This document shows positions 56,498 through 64,000 of a DNA stretch of 64,000 nt, piece after piece. Position 1 is the first letter of the stretch; the number at the start of each line of letters is the position of its first letter. Location of the stretch: positions 1 to 64,000 of the forward strand of contig JAVKHQ010000002.1 of NCBI GenBank assembly GCA_031459875.1. Reading direction: 5' to 3'. The notes below the pieces were generated by a model. The model was given only the letters and a program-made list of their open reading frames with translations, searched no databases and was not told the DNA's origin. The translations under genes and the position numbers were made by a program. The DNA comes from Candidatus Fervidifonticultor sextus (GTDB lineage Bacteria > Sysuimicrobiota > Sysuimicrobiia > Sysuimicrobiales > Humicultoraceae).

Positions 56498-57940
56498 TCA
56501 ATACGCCCGGGCGTAGTAAACCGTCGCCGTCGCCGCCTGCCCGCAGGCCGGGCAGGACCCTACCGGCACATCATCCAGCGGGATGACCCGGGGCGAGGCG
56601 CCGGTGCGGTCGCGGACGGCATCTTCGCAGGCCTGCGCGCCGCACCAGCCGGTCCGTATGAACCCCCGCCGGTCCCGGATCGCGTCCTCAATCTGGTCCA
56701 GCGTCTCCGCCGCCACGATGTGCGCGTCGAGGAAGGCCCTGGCCCGCGCGAAGTAGGTGCGCTGCACGTCGTCCAGCGCCGCGGCCACGGCCCGCTCGAT
56801 ACCGTCTGCCGCCACCGTCTCTTTCCGGCCGTCGGGGCGTCGGACCAGCACGACCTGGCCTGCCGCCACATCCCGCGGCCCAACTTCCAGGCGGAGCGGG
56901 ACCCCTCGCATCTCCCAGTCGTTGAACTTCCAGCCCGGCGTGTACTCGTCGCGGTCGTCCAGGCGCACGCGCGCCACGGACTTCAGCCGGCCGGCGAGAT
57001 CGCGGGCGGCGGCCAGCACCCGCTCCGTGTCCTTCCCCAGGATCGGCACGATGACCACCTGGATCGGCGCGATACGCGGCGGCAGGCTCAGGCCCCGGTC
57101 GTCGCCGTGGGCCATCACCAGCGAGCCGATCAGGCGGGTGGTCACGGCCCAGGAGGTGGTCCAGACATACTTCTCGGTGTTGTCACGGTCGAGGAACTTC
57201 ACCCCGAAGGCCCTGGCGAAGTTCTGCCCGAGGAAGTGGCTCGTGCCCGCCTGGATGGCCTGCCGGTCCGGCATGAGGGCTTCCAGGGTGTACGTCCAGT
57301 CGGCTCCGGCGAACTTCTCCGACGGCGGCTTGCGCCCCACTAGCACCGGGATCGCCAGGACTTCCTCCAGCAGCTCCCGGTAGATTTCCAGGATCAGCCG
57401 GCACTCCCGGTCGGCCTCTTCCAGGGTGGCGTGCGCGGTGTGACCCTCGTGCCAGAGGAACTCCGCAGTCCGCAGGAACAGTCGCGTCGCCTTCTCCCAC
57501 CGCACCACGTTGTTCCACTGCAGCAGCAGGATGGGCAGGTCCCGGTAGGACTGGATCCACCTGGCGTACATGGGCATGATGATGGCTTCCGACGTCGGCC
57601 GCACCGCCAGCCGCTCGGCCAGTGCCTCCGCGCCGCCGTGGGTCACCCAGGCCACCTGCGGGGCGAAGCCCTCGACGTGCTCGGCCTCTTTCTTGAGCAG
57701 CGACTCGGGGACGAACAGCGGGAAGTAGGCGGTGACGTGGCCGGTGGCCTTGAAGCGCTCGTCCAGCCAGCGCTGGATGCCCTCCCACAGCGCGTATCCG
57801 TAGGGCCGGATGACCATGCACCCGCGCACCGGCGAGTAGTCGGCCAGTTCGGCCTTGAGGACGACGGCGGTGTACCAATCCGAGAACTGCTCGGATTTGC
57901 TGGGGATCTCCCTGACGAACGCCTGGGTCTCAGAGGACAT
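56498..57940 (-). CDS. proS: Proline--tRNA ligase (archaeal/eukaryote-like type)
   Basis: HVEGFAPQ, RPTSE, FLRTAEFLWHEGHT, QAGTSHFLGQNF, C-terminal ARAY. Confidence 0.96.
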   Translation of the reverse strand: MSSETQAFVREIPSKSEQFSDWYTAVVLKAELADYSPVRGCMVIRPYGYALWEGIQRWLDERFKATGHVTAYFPLFVPESLLKKEAEHVEGFAPQVAWVTHGGAEALAERLAVRPTSEAIIMPMYARWIQSYRDLPILLLQWNNVVRWEKATRLFLRTAEFLWHEGHTAHATLEEADRECRLILEIYRELLEEVLAIPVLVGRKPPSEKFAGADWTYTLEALMPDRQAIQAGTSHFLGQNFARAFGVKFLDRDNTEKYVWTTSWAVTTRLIGSLVMAHGDDRGLSLPPRIAPIQVVIVPILGKDTERVLAAARDLAGRLKSVARVRLDDRDEYTPGWKFNDWEMRGVPLRLEVGPRDVAAGQVVLVRRPDGRKETVAADGIERAVAAALDDVQRTYFARARAFLDAHIVAAETLDQIEDAIRDRRGFIRTGWCGAQACEDAVRDRTGASPRVIPLDDVPVGSCPACGQAATATVYYARAY

Positions 57941-58079
57941 GATCCGCTCCCGCCTGAGGGTTCGGGGATTATCCTAGCATACTCCCGCCGGACTTCACGG
58001 ACGCGCGCGGTGGGCCGCTGAGGCCCCGGTGGGAGTGCTGCGCGAGAGGCGGGACCCACCCCGCGGAGAACCGTTCCCG

Positions 58080-59636
58080 CTATCGTCCCTCCAGCCATGT
58101 GTTCCAGAAGGCGTGACCCGGCTGGCCGGTGTAGCCCTTGAGCTCCTTCCGATGGAGGTGCAGCAGGAAGTAGTCGCCGTACTTGATGGCCGGGACCTCC
58201 TCCCAGAACAGTCGCTGGGCGCGCTGCCAGATCTCCATGCGCACCTTCGGGTCGGTGTGCCGCTGGAGCAGGGTCATCATGCCCTGCATGTCGCGGCTCT
58301 CGTACCAGCCCGGCCAGGTGGGGTTGAGGACGAGGACCTGCGTGGGATCGGGAAAGGTGAGTTGCGCGGTGTTGAGGGCATCCCACAGCTCAGGGCGCGT
58401 CCGGCGCGAGATGAGCGTCGCCCAATCCACGACCTGGAAGTCGAAGACGAACCCGGCGCGTTCCAGCATCGGCTTGGCGATCTGCGCGGAGATCCCGTAG
58501 GCCTGGTACTCCATGGTGGTCATCCACTTGATGGGCTCCCCGCGGTAGCCGGCCTCCGCCAGCAACTGCCGCGCCCGCTCGGGGTTGCGCTGGTGGTAGT
58601 GCTCGCGGCCCACGTCGGTCCACATGTAGTGCGGCTTCGGCAGCAGGGCCGGGTCGAGGCGCCAGAACCGCGGGTGGCCGAAGGTGCCCCGCATGATCGC
58701 CTCCATGTCGAGGGCGGCCAGCCAGGCCTGCCGCATCTTGGGGTTGACAAAGGGACCCGTCCGCTTGTTGAAGACCGTCGTCAGCCACAGCGGCACGGGC
58801 GGGACGAACGGCACCAGGTTCGGGTCGGCCTGGAGGCGCGGGAACTCGTCCTGGGGCACGCTGTCGGCGAAGTGGTAGTCACCCCGAATCACCCCCGCGA
58901 TGCGGACGGCGACGTCGGGCACCGGCACGAAGATGAGCGTGTCGAGGTAGGCCACCTTCCGTCCGGTGAACCCGTCGGGCGCCTCGCTGCGCGCGCTGTA
59001 GCCGTCGAAGCGGTCCAGCCGGACGTGCCGGTCGGGGAGGTGTTCCACAAACCTGTACGGTCCGGTGCCGATATACCGGCGGATGGGGCCGGCTCCCGCT
59101 TCCTCGATCACCTCCTTCGGGTAGATGACCGCCCCCTGGAGGGAGAACCCCAGGTCGACCAGGATCGGACCATAGGGTTCCTTGAGGGTGAGAACCACAG
59201 TGTGCGGATCCGGCGCGCCGAGCGAGCGGACCACCGAGAACAGGGCGCGGCCGCGCGTTGCGAGCCGTCCCCAGCGGGTCAGCGAGGCCACCACATCGTC
59301 ACTGGTCAGGTCGCGGCCGTGGTGGAAGCGGACGCCGCGGCGCAAGGTGAAGGTGTAGGTCAGTCGATCCGGGCTCGCTTTCCAGGTATCGACCAGCATG
59401 GGACGGGGTTCGAACGTGCTGGTGAGCGCGAACAGGCCTTCATAGACGTGGAGCATGATGTCCCCGACGATCACGGCGGTCGTCAGGTGCAGGTCAAGGG
59501 TCGGGGGTTCCCCGATGTGGGCCATGCGGAAGACCCCGCCGCGTCGGGGCTGGGCCTCCCCTGAGGTCATCGGAACCGCCGCCAGGATCATGGCGAGCAG
59601 GCCCGCGCAAAGGTAGCGCGCTGCGCGTCCCATCAC
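58080..59636 (-). CDS. ABC transporter solute-binding protein, family 5 (orphan)
   Basis: EPPTLD, YTFTLRRGVRFH, IGTGPY. Confidence 0.9.
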   Translation of the reverse strand: MMGRAARYLCAGLLAMILAAVPMTSGEAQPRRGGVFRMAHIGEPPTLDLHLTTAVIVGDIMLHVYEGLFALTSTFEPRPMLVDTWKASPDRLTYTFTLRRGVRFHHGRDLTSDDVVASLTRWGRLATRGRALFSVVRSLGAPDPHTVVLTLKEPYGPILVDLGFSLQGAVIYPKEVIEEAGAGPIRRYIGTGPYRFVEHLPDRHVRLDRFDGYSARSEAPDGFTGRKVAYLDTLIFVPVPDVAVRIAGVIRGDYHFADSVPQDEFPRLQADPNLVPFVPPVPLWLTTVFNKRTGPFVNPKMRQAWLAALDMEAIMRGTFGHPRFWRLDPALLPKPHYMWTDVGREHYHQRNPERARQLLAEAGYRGEPIKWMTTMEYQAYGISAQIAKPMLERAGFVFDFQVVDWATLISRRTRPELWDALNTAQLTFPDPTQVLVLNPTWPGWYESRDMQGMMTLLQRHTDPKVRMEIWQRAQRLFWEEVPAIKYGDYFLLHLHRKELKGYTGQPGHAFWNTWLEGR

Positions 59637-59668
59637 GATCTCCTTTCAGTCCCTCTGGATTCGCCCCG

Positions 59669-60106
59669 TCACGCCGGCATGCGGTCGAAGGCGGGCCCCT
59701 GCCCGTTCAGGCCGGCCTGGGCCGCCAGGCGCTCCGCCGTGGCCGTTCCGTGGTTGATGGCGCGGACCCGGCCGTCGGGGCCGATCACCACCGTGCTGGG
59801 CACGGTCAGGATCCCGAAGCGCTCGACGAGGGCCTCGTACTCCAGCGCATCCACGTCCCGCACCACGACGCGCCCGGGGTACTGCCGGGCCAGGGCGTCG
59901 AGGGCGGGGCGCTGGATCATCTTGCAGGGCGCACAGTCGGGAGCCGAGAAGGACAGGACCAGCGCGCCGGCCTGCGCCGCGCCGAAGGTCTCCACCACGT
60001 CGTGGGCGCGGGCGCCCATGACCCGCCGCCGCCGCCACGCAAGCCACAGCCACACCGCCCCCACCGCGGCCAGCACGATCACGAGGGCTGCAACCGGCGC
60101 GCTCAT
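59669..60106 (-). CDS. Membrane-anchored thioredoxin (ThiX-like)
   Basis: N-terminal TM, FSAPDCAPC, ILTVPST. Confidence 0.85.
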   Translation of the reverse strand: MSAPVAALVIVLAAVGAVWLWLAWRRRRVMGARAHDVVETFGAAQAGALVLSFSAPDCAPCKMIQRPALDALARQYPGRVVVRDVDALEYEALVERFGILTVPSTVVIGPDGRVRAINHGTATAERLAAQAGLNGQGPAFDRMPA

Positions 60107-60115
60107 GGCGGTCCC

Positions 60116-60562
60116 CTACGCGCCCTCGGGACGGCGGGGCAGCCACCCGCGCCGGGAGAGCTGGTAGTACACGAAGCACCCCGCGCAGAACCCGACCGTG
60201 ACGTTGAGAAGCGCGAGGGCCGCCACCAGGCCGGCCAGCACCCAGCCCAGCGTGGACACGCCGGCGAAGAGCGCCAGGGTGGATGCCGCCAGGACCGCCG
60301 CGCCGACCCCCTGCGCGAAGCGGTGGGGCGCCGGGTCGTCGGGGATGATGCGTGGCCGGGCCAGGCGCAACGGCACCGCCACGCGATGATAGAGTAGCCG
60401 AAACAGGCTCCTCGTCGGCGACGCCGCACTGGTGGCCAGCGCCGCGGTCAGGAACGCGATCAGCCAGGGCGCCTGCAGCGCGCCGGCGACCACGACCCAG
60501 ACCGCGATGACGAGCTGGGCGAACTTGATGGCTGTCTGATCGACCGTCAATCCCTGCGCCAT
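60116..60562 (-). CDS. DUF4395 membrane protein
   Basis: DDPAPHRFAQGVG, LNVTVGFCAGCFVY. Confidence 0.85.
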   Translation of the reverse strand: MAQGLTVDQTAIKFAQLVIAVWVVVAGALQAPWLIAFLTAALATSAASPTRSLFRLLYHRVAVPLRLARPRIIPDDPAPHRFAQGVGAAVLAASTLALFAGVSTLGWVLAGLVAALALLNVTVGFCAGCFVYYQLSRRGWLPRRPEGA

Positions 60563-60680
60563 GATGCACTCTCCTCCGTCCTCTCGGCCAGACTGCGCAG
60601 AGCCGGTGCGGAGGCTCGTGCCGGGCGCCTGCGATCAGGGTGCGATGTAGGGCGGAGCTACCAGCGGGCGGGGTGGACGA

Positions 60681-60776
60681 TCAGGCGAAGGCGCCAGGCT
60701 GCCTCCGCCGTGGACAGATGCACTGTCGCGGGGTGTAGGGGCTGTGGGCCCGTCGAGTCCACAGGATGATCTTCAT
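60681..60776 (-). CDS. Putative Cys-containing leader peptide (31 aa)
   Basis: GAGG RBS, then MKIILWTRRAHSPYTPRQCICPRRRQPGAFA*, between the promoter and DUF4395. Confidence 0.55.
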   Translation of the reverse strand: MKIILWTRRAHSPYTPRQCICPRRRQPGAFA

Positions 60777-60790
60777 CGTCCTCGTCAAGA

Positions 60791-60819
60791 ACTATGGCAG
60801 ACCGCCCCGGAGGTGTCAA
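60791..60819 (-). promoter_or_regulatory. Sigma70 promoter for leader-DUF4395-trx
   Basis: TTGACA-17 bp-CATAGT. Confidence 0.65.
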
Positions 60820-60987
60820 GGCGTCCTGCCCGATCCCGCCGATCCGCAGAGGCCCTCGAGGGCGCACGGCTGCGTGCGTTGACGGCCGTTGCCGAGTCCT
60901 GTAGTCTGACAGCGTGCCAGCGTACGGTCGCACCGCTACCCCGCCGGTCGGTCGTCCCGCGCCCTCCGGGATCACGCCGCTTCGGTC

Positions 60988-62241
60988 ATGAGTCTCACGC
61001 AACTCCTGACGCTGGGCATCTTCGTCGTCACCTATGCGCTTGCCGTCAGCCGGGTCGTCAAGATTGCGTACGTCTCGCTGGCCGCCGCGGCGCTGCTGGT
61101 GGTCACCCGTATCCTGACCCCCCACGAGATCGTCACCCAGGCCCTCAAGTGGGACGTGCTGGGCATCTACTGGGGGTTCATGATGGTGTCCATCGCCTTC
61201 ATGGACAGCGGGGTCCCCAAGCTGCTGGCCGAGCGCATCCTCTACCATGCCCACACCGAAAAGCATGCCGTCCTCTACCTGGCGACCGCCACGGCCGGCC
61301 TCTCCATCTGGATGGAAAATGTGGGGGTCGTGTTGATGATGGCGCCCATCGCGCTGGAGATCAGCCGGCGGCTGAACTCTTCCCTCTTCCCCTACATGGT
61401 CACCGTGGGCATCGCTTCCAACGTCGTGACGACCGTGACCATGGTCGCAGACCCGCCAACGATCATCCTGGCCATCGAGACCGGCATGAAGTTCAAAGAC
61501 TTCTACTGGTTCCTGGGGCGTCCGGGACTGGGGACCCTGACGGTCGTCGCCGTCATCGCCGCGCTGCTGACCCTGCTCCTCCAGTTCAGAGGGATGTCCC
61601 AGCGCATTGATCTGCCCGAGGACCGTGCGCCGGTGACCTGGGGCGCGACGGTCCTCTTCGTGGTGGCGGTGACGGCGCTCGCCTTCGGCCACGAGCGGGG
61701 GCTGCCGCCGGGGATCGTGGGGGTGGCGGCCGGCGCCATCGCCCTGTGGCTGAACCGGGGGCGGTTCCGCGCCATGTTCGTGGAGTTCGATTGGAATTCG
61801 TTTGCCTTCATCATCGGGATCTTCGTCGTGGTGCACTCGCTGCGTTCGACGGGGTTGCTGACGGAGTTCGCCCGCCTGCTCCACGGCATCGGCCTCCAGA
61901 GCCCGGCAGTAGCCATGGCCGGCCTGATCTGGATCGCCGTGGCGGCGTCGTCGTTTGTCGACAACGTCCCGTTCACCGTCCTGATGATCCCGGTCGCCCA
62001 GGACCTGGCCCGGCTCCTGGGGATCAGCCCCTGGCCCTTGCTCTACGGCATGCTGGTCGGCACCGGCAGCGGCGGCAACATCACCCCCGTGGGGGCCACC
62101 GCCAACGTCTTCGCCTGCGGCTTCCTGGAGAAGCACGGCTACAGGATCCACCTGGGCCAGTACATGAAGATCAGCGTGCCCTTCACGGTGGTGGCGGTCG
62201 GCGTCGCGCACATCCTGCTGGCCGTCTTCTGGCTGCGGTAG
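60988..62241 (+). CDS. ArsB/NhaD (SLC13/CitM-like) permease
   Basis: MENV, TMVADPP, SFVDNVP, GGNITPVGATAN. Confidence 0.85.
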   Translation: MSLTQLLTLGIFVVTYALAVSRVVKIAYVSLAAAALLVVTRILTPHEIVTQALKWDVLGIYWGFMMVSIAFMDSGVPKLLAERILYHAHTEKHAVLYLATATAGLSIWMENVGVVLMMAPIALEISRRLNSSLFPYMVTVGIASNVVTTVTMVADPPTIILAIETGMKFKDFYWFLGRPGLGTLTVVAVIAALLTLLLQFRGMSQRIDLPEDRAPVTWGATVLFVVAVTALAFGHERGLPPGIVGVAAGAIALWLNRGRFRAMFVEFDWNSFAFIIGIFVVVHSLRSTGLLTEFARLLHGIGLQSPAVAMAGLIWIAVAASSFVDNVPFTVLMIPVAQDLARLLGISPWPLLYGMLVGTGSGGNITPVGATANVFACGFLEKHGYRIHLGQYMKISVPFTVVAVGVAHILLAVFWLR

Positions 62242-62269
62242 CCCACCCTCCCCACGGGCCCGCCGGGTC

Positions 62270-62315
62270 TTGACAGCGGGACTCGAGCATGTCCATTATT
62301 TAGGAGTCCTAAGTA
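62270..62315 (+). promoter_or_regulatory. Promoter with palindromic operator TTAGGA-G-TCCTAA
   Basis: TTGACA at 62270; TATTTAGGAGTCCTAAGTA at 62297-62315 overlaps the RBS and ATG. Confidence 0.7.
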
Positions 62316-62968
62316 TGAAGTACCTGGGTTCCGATCCCTTTGACACCGCCGCGGACCCGCCCACGCAGCGCATCGCCGCCGGTCTGGCCAAGGTGGGACT
62401 GGTCCTCAAGCACCAGGCCTGGCGCCGAGCCGGTGGGAGGGGGCTCTCGCCCACCCAGGCCCAGGTCCTGACAACCTTGCGGCACGCGCCGCGGGGGATG
62501 CGCCTCGGTGCAGTGGCCGACCGGCTGGCCGTCACCTCGGCCACCGCCAGCGAGGCGGTGGGCGCACTGGCGCGGAAGGGGCTGGTCCGCAAGGCGCGGG
62601 ACGTCGCTGACTCCCGGGCAATCTCGATCCGGCTCACGCCGGCAGGCCGCCGGGCGGCCGGCCACCTCGCCGGCTGGCCCGATGTCCTGCTCGACGCCGT
62701 GGACGCCCTCGGGCCGGACGAACAGGCTGTCTTCCTGCGAGGGCTGATCAAGATGATCGCCCTCCTGCAGGAACGGGGGCAGATCCCCGTCTCGCAGATG
62801 TGCGTCACATGTCGCTTCTTCCGGCCGCACGTGTACCGCAATCCAGACCGACCGCACCACTGCGCGTTTGTCGGCGCCCCCTTCGGCGACCGGCACCTGC
62901 GGCTGGACTGTCCGGATCACCAGCCAGCCGTCCCACAACACCTCGATGGGAGGAGGTCGGACGCATGA
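62315..62968 (+). CDS. MarR-family regulator with C-terminal Cys/His metal-binding motif
   Basis: LSPTQAQVL, DSRAISIRLT, MCVTCRFF...HHC...CPDH. Confidence 0.85.
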   Translation: MKYLGSDPFDTAADPPTQRIAAGLAKVGLVLKHQAWRRAGGRGLSPTQAQVLTTLRHAPRGMRLGAVADRLAVTSATASEAVGALARKGLVRKARDVADSRAISIRLTPAGRRAAGHLAGWPDVLLDAVDALGPDEQAVFLRGLIKMIALLQERGQIPVSQMCVTCRFFRPHVYRNPDRPHHCAFVGAPFGDRHLRLDCPDHQPAVPQHLDGRRSDA

Positions 62969-63555
62969 ACGAGCAGACCATCCCGGGCTACTGGTACGGC
63001 ACCACCCAGGTGGCCCGTTCTCCGGTGACGCCAGACGATCTGGCACGCCTCAAACAGAGCGTCCTGTTTACCGACGACGACGAGCGCTACCTGCGTATGG
63101 CAGGAAAGGTGCTGGCCGACCAGGTGGAGGAGATCCTGGATGTGTGGTACGGGTTTGTCGGATCGCACCCTCACCTGGTCTACTACTTCACCGGCCCCGA
63201 TGGTCACCCCGATGCCAGCTATCTCGCCGCGGTCCGCCGGCGCTTCGGCCAGTGGATTCTCGACACATGTCGGCGAACCTACGATCAGGACTGGCTGAAC
63301 TATCAGCATGAGATCGGCCTGCGCCACCACCGGACCAAGAAGAACCAGACCGACGGCGTGCGCTCGGTACCCCATATCCACCTGCGATACCTGGTCGCTT
63401 TCGTCTACCCCATCACGGCCACCATCAAACCGTTCCTGGCCAAGGGAGGCCACAGCCCCGATGAGGTGGAGAAGATGCACCAGGCGTGGTTCAAGTCCGT
63501 GGTGCTCCAGGTCGCGCTGTGGAGCCGCGCCTACGTCGGCGGGGACGACTGGTAG
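62965..63555 (+). CDS. Protoglobin
   Basis: IPGY.YG, ILDVWY, RFGQWILDT, EIGLRHHRTKKNQTD, AWFKSV. Confidence 0.9.
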   Translation: MNEQTIPGYWYGTTQVARSPVTPDDLARLKQSVLFTDDDERYLRMAGKVLADQVEEILDVWYGFVGSHPHLVYYFTGPDGHPDASYLAAVRRRFGQWILDTCRRTYDQDWLNYQHEIGLRHHRTKKNQTDGVRSVPHIHLRYLVAFVYPITATIKPFLAKGGHSPDEVEKMHQAWFKSVVLQVALWSRAYVGGDDW

Positions 63556-64000
63556 GCGTCCAGCCGGACTCGCCCGGCTCGGCGCCCTGCGCCCGGATCC
63601 AGGCCATGGCCTCGGCGATGGCGGCCTCCTGTGCGCCCCGGGACTCGGCCGGAGGGGGCAGCGCCGGGCCGATCCGCACGGCCACCCGGCCCGGTCGGGG
63701 CAGACGGGCGCCCAGCGGGAAGACCCGGCCGGTCCCGATCAGGGCGACCGGGGTGATCGGGACGCCGGCGCGGGCAGCCAGGAGGGCCGCCCCGCGGCGG
63801 GGCGCACGAGGCTGCGGGCTCACCCCGCCTTCGGGGAAGACCCCGACCTTGCGGCCGGCGGTCAACGCCAGCAGCGCCTCGCGGACGGCATCGGTGTCCA
63901 CCTCGCCCCGGCGCACCGGAATGCAGCCGTAGGTCCGCATCGCCCAGCCCACGGCCGGCAGGGCCAGGAACTCGCCGGCCGCCACGAACAGCACCCGGTC
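63491..64000 (-). CDS. 1-acyl-sn-glycerol-3-phosphate acyltransferase (PlsC-like), 5' end outside the window
   Basis: IPVRRG, VFPEG, GAALLA, VPITPV. Confidence 0.8.
   Translation of the reverse strand, partial: DRVLFVAAGEFLALPAVGWAMRTYGCIPVRRGEVDTDAVREALLALTAGRKVGVFPEGGVSPQPRAPRRGAALLAARAGVPITPVALIGTGRVFPLGARLPRPGRVAVRIGPALPPPAESRGAQEAAIAEAMAWIRAQGAEPGESGWTPTSRPRRRRRGSTARPGAPRT

Noticed and set aside
57941..58079. T-box leader upstream of proS
   Set aside because: The region is short and has no T-box consensus or terminator.

Overview
High-GC bacterial chromosomal window. The gene style suggests a thermophile-like Armatimonadota/CSP1-3-type lineage, but this is inference only. Contents in order: a lower-GC left edge with a cassette-like SRPBCC gene; housekeeping genes (rsmI, DUF1998 helicase, tRNA-Leu(CAG), a SigB/F-type sigma factor); two tandem type IV minor-pilin cassettes, each behind its own c-di-GMP-I (GEMM) riboswitch and terminator; a nitrogen-compound uptake/catabolism run with a triuret/biuret-hydrolase-like enzyme; a radical SAM gene; ArsR plus a P1B ATPase; fabF; a probable selenoprotein disulfide oxidoreductase (in-frame UGA, UPHC, SECIS-like hairpin) missed by the ORF track; a 2-thiolase/2-DUF35 operon lacking catalytic cysteines; an ECF sigma module; sodA; an FMN-riboswitch ribD-ribE-ribBA-ribH operon extended by two hydrolases; a vasohibin-like protease; a metal/redox cluster; a decaying mercury-resistance island with IS remnants; proS; a DUF4395-thioredoxin pair preceded by an unannotated Cys-containing leader ORF (candidate cysteine-sensing attenuator); and a MarR-protoglobin pair with a palindromic operator. 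All assignments come from reading motifs by eye; no database searches were run.
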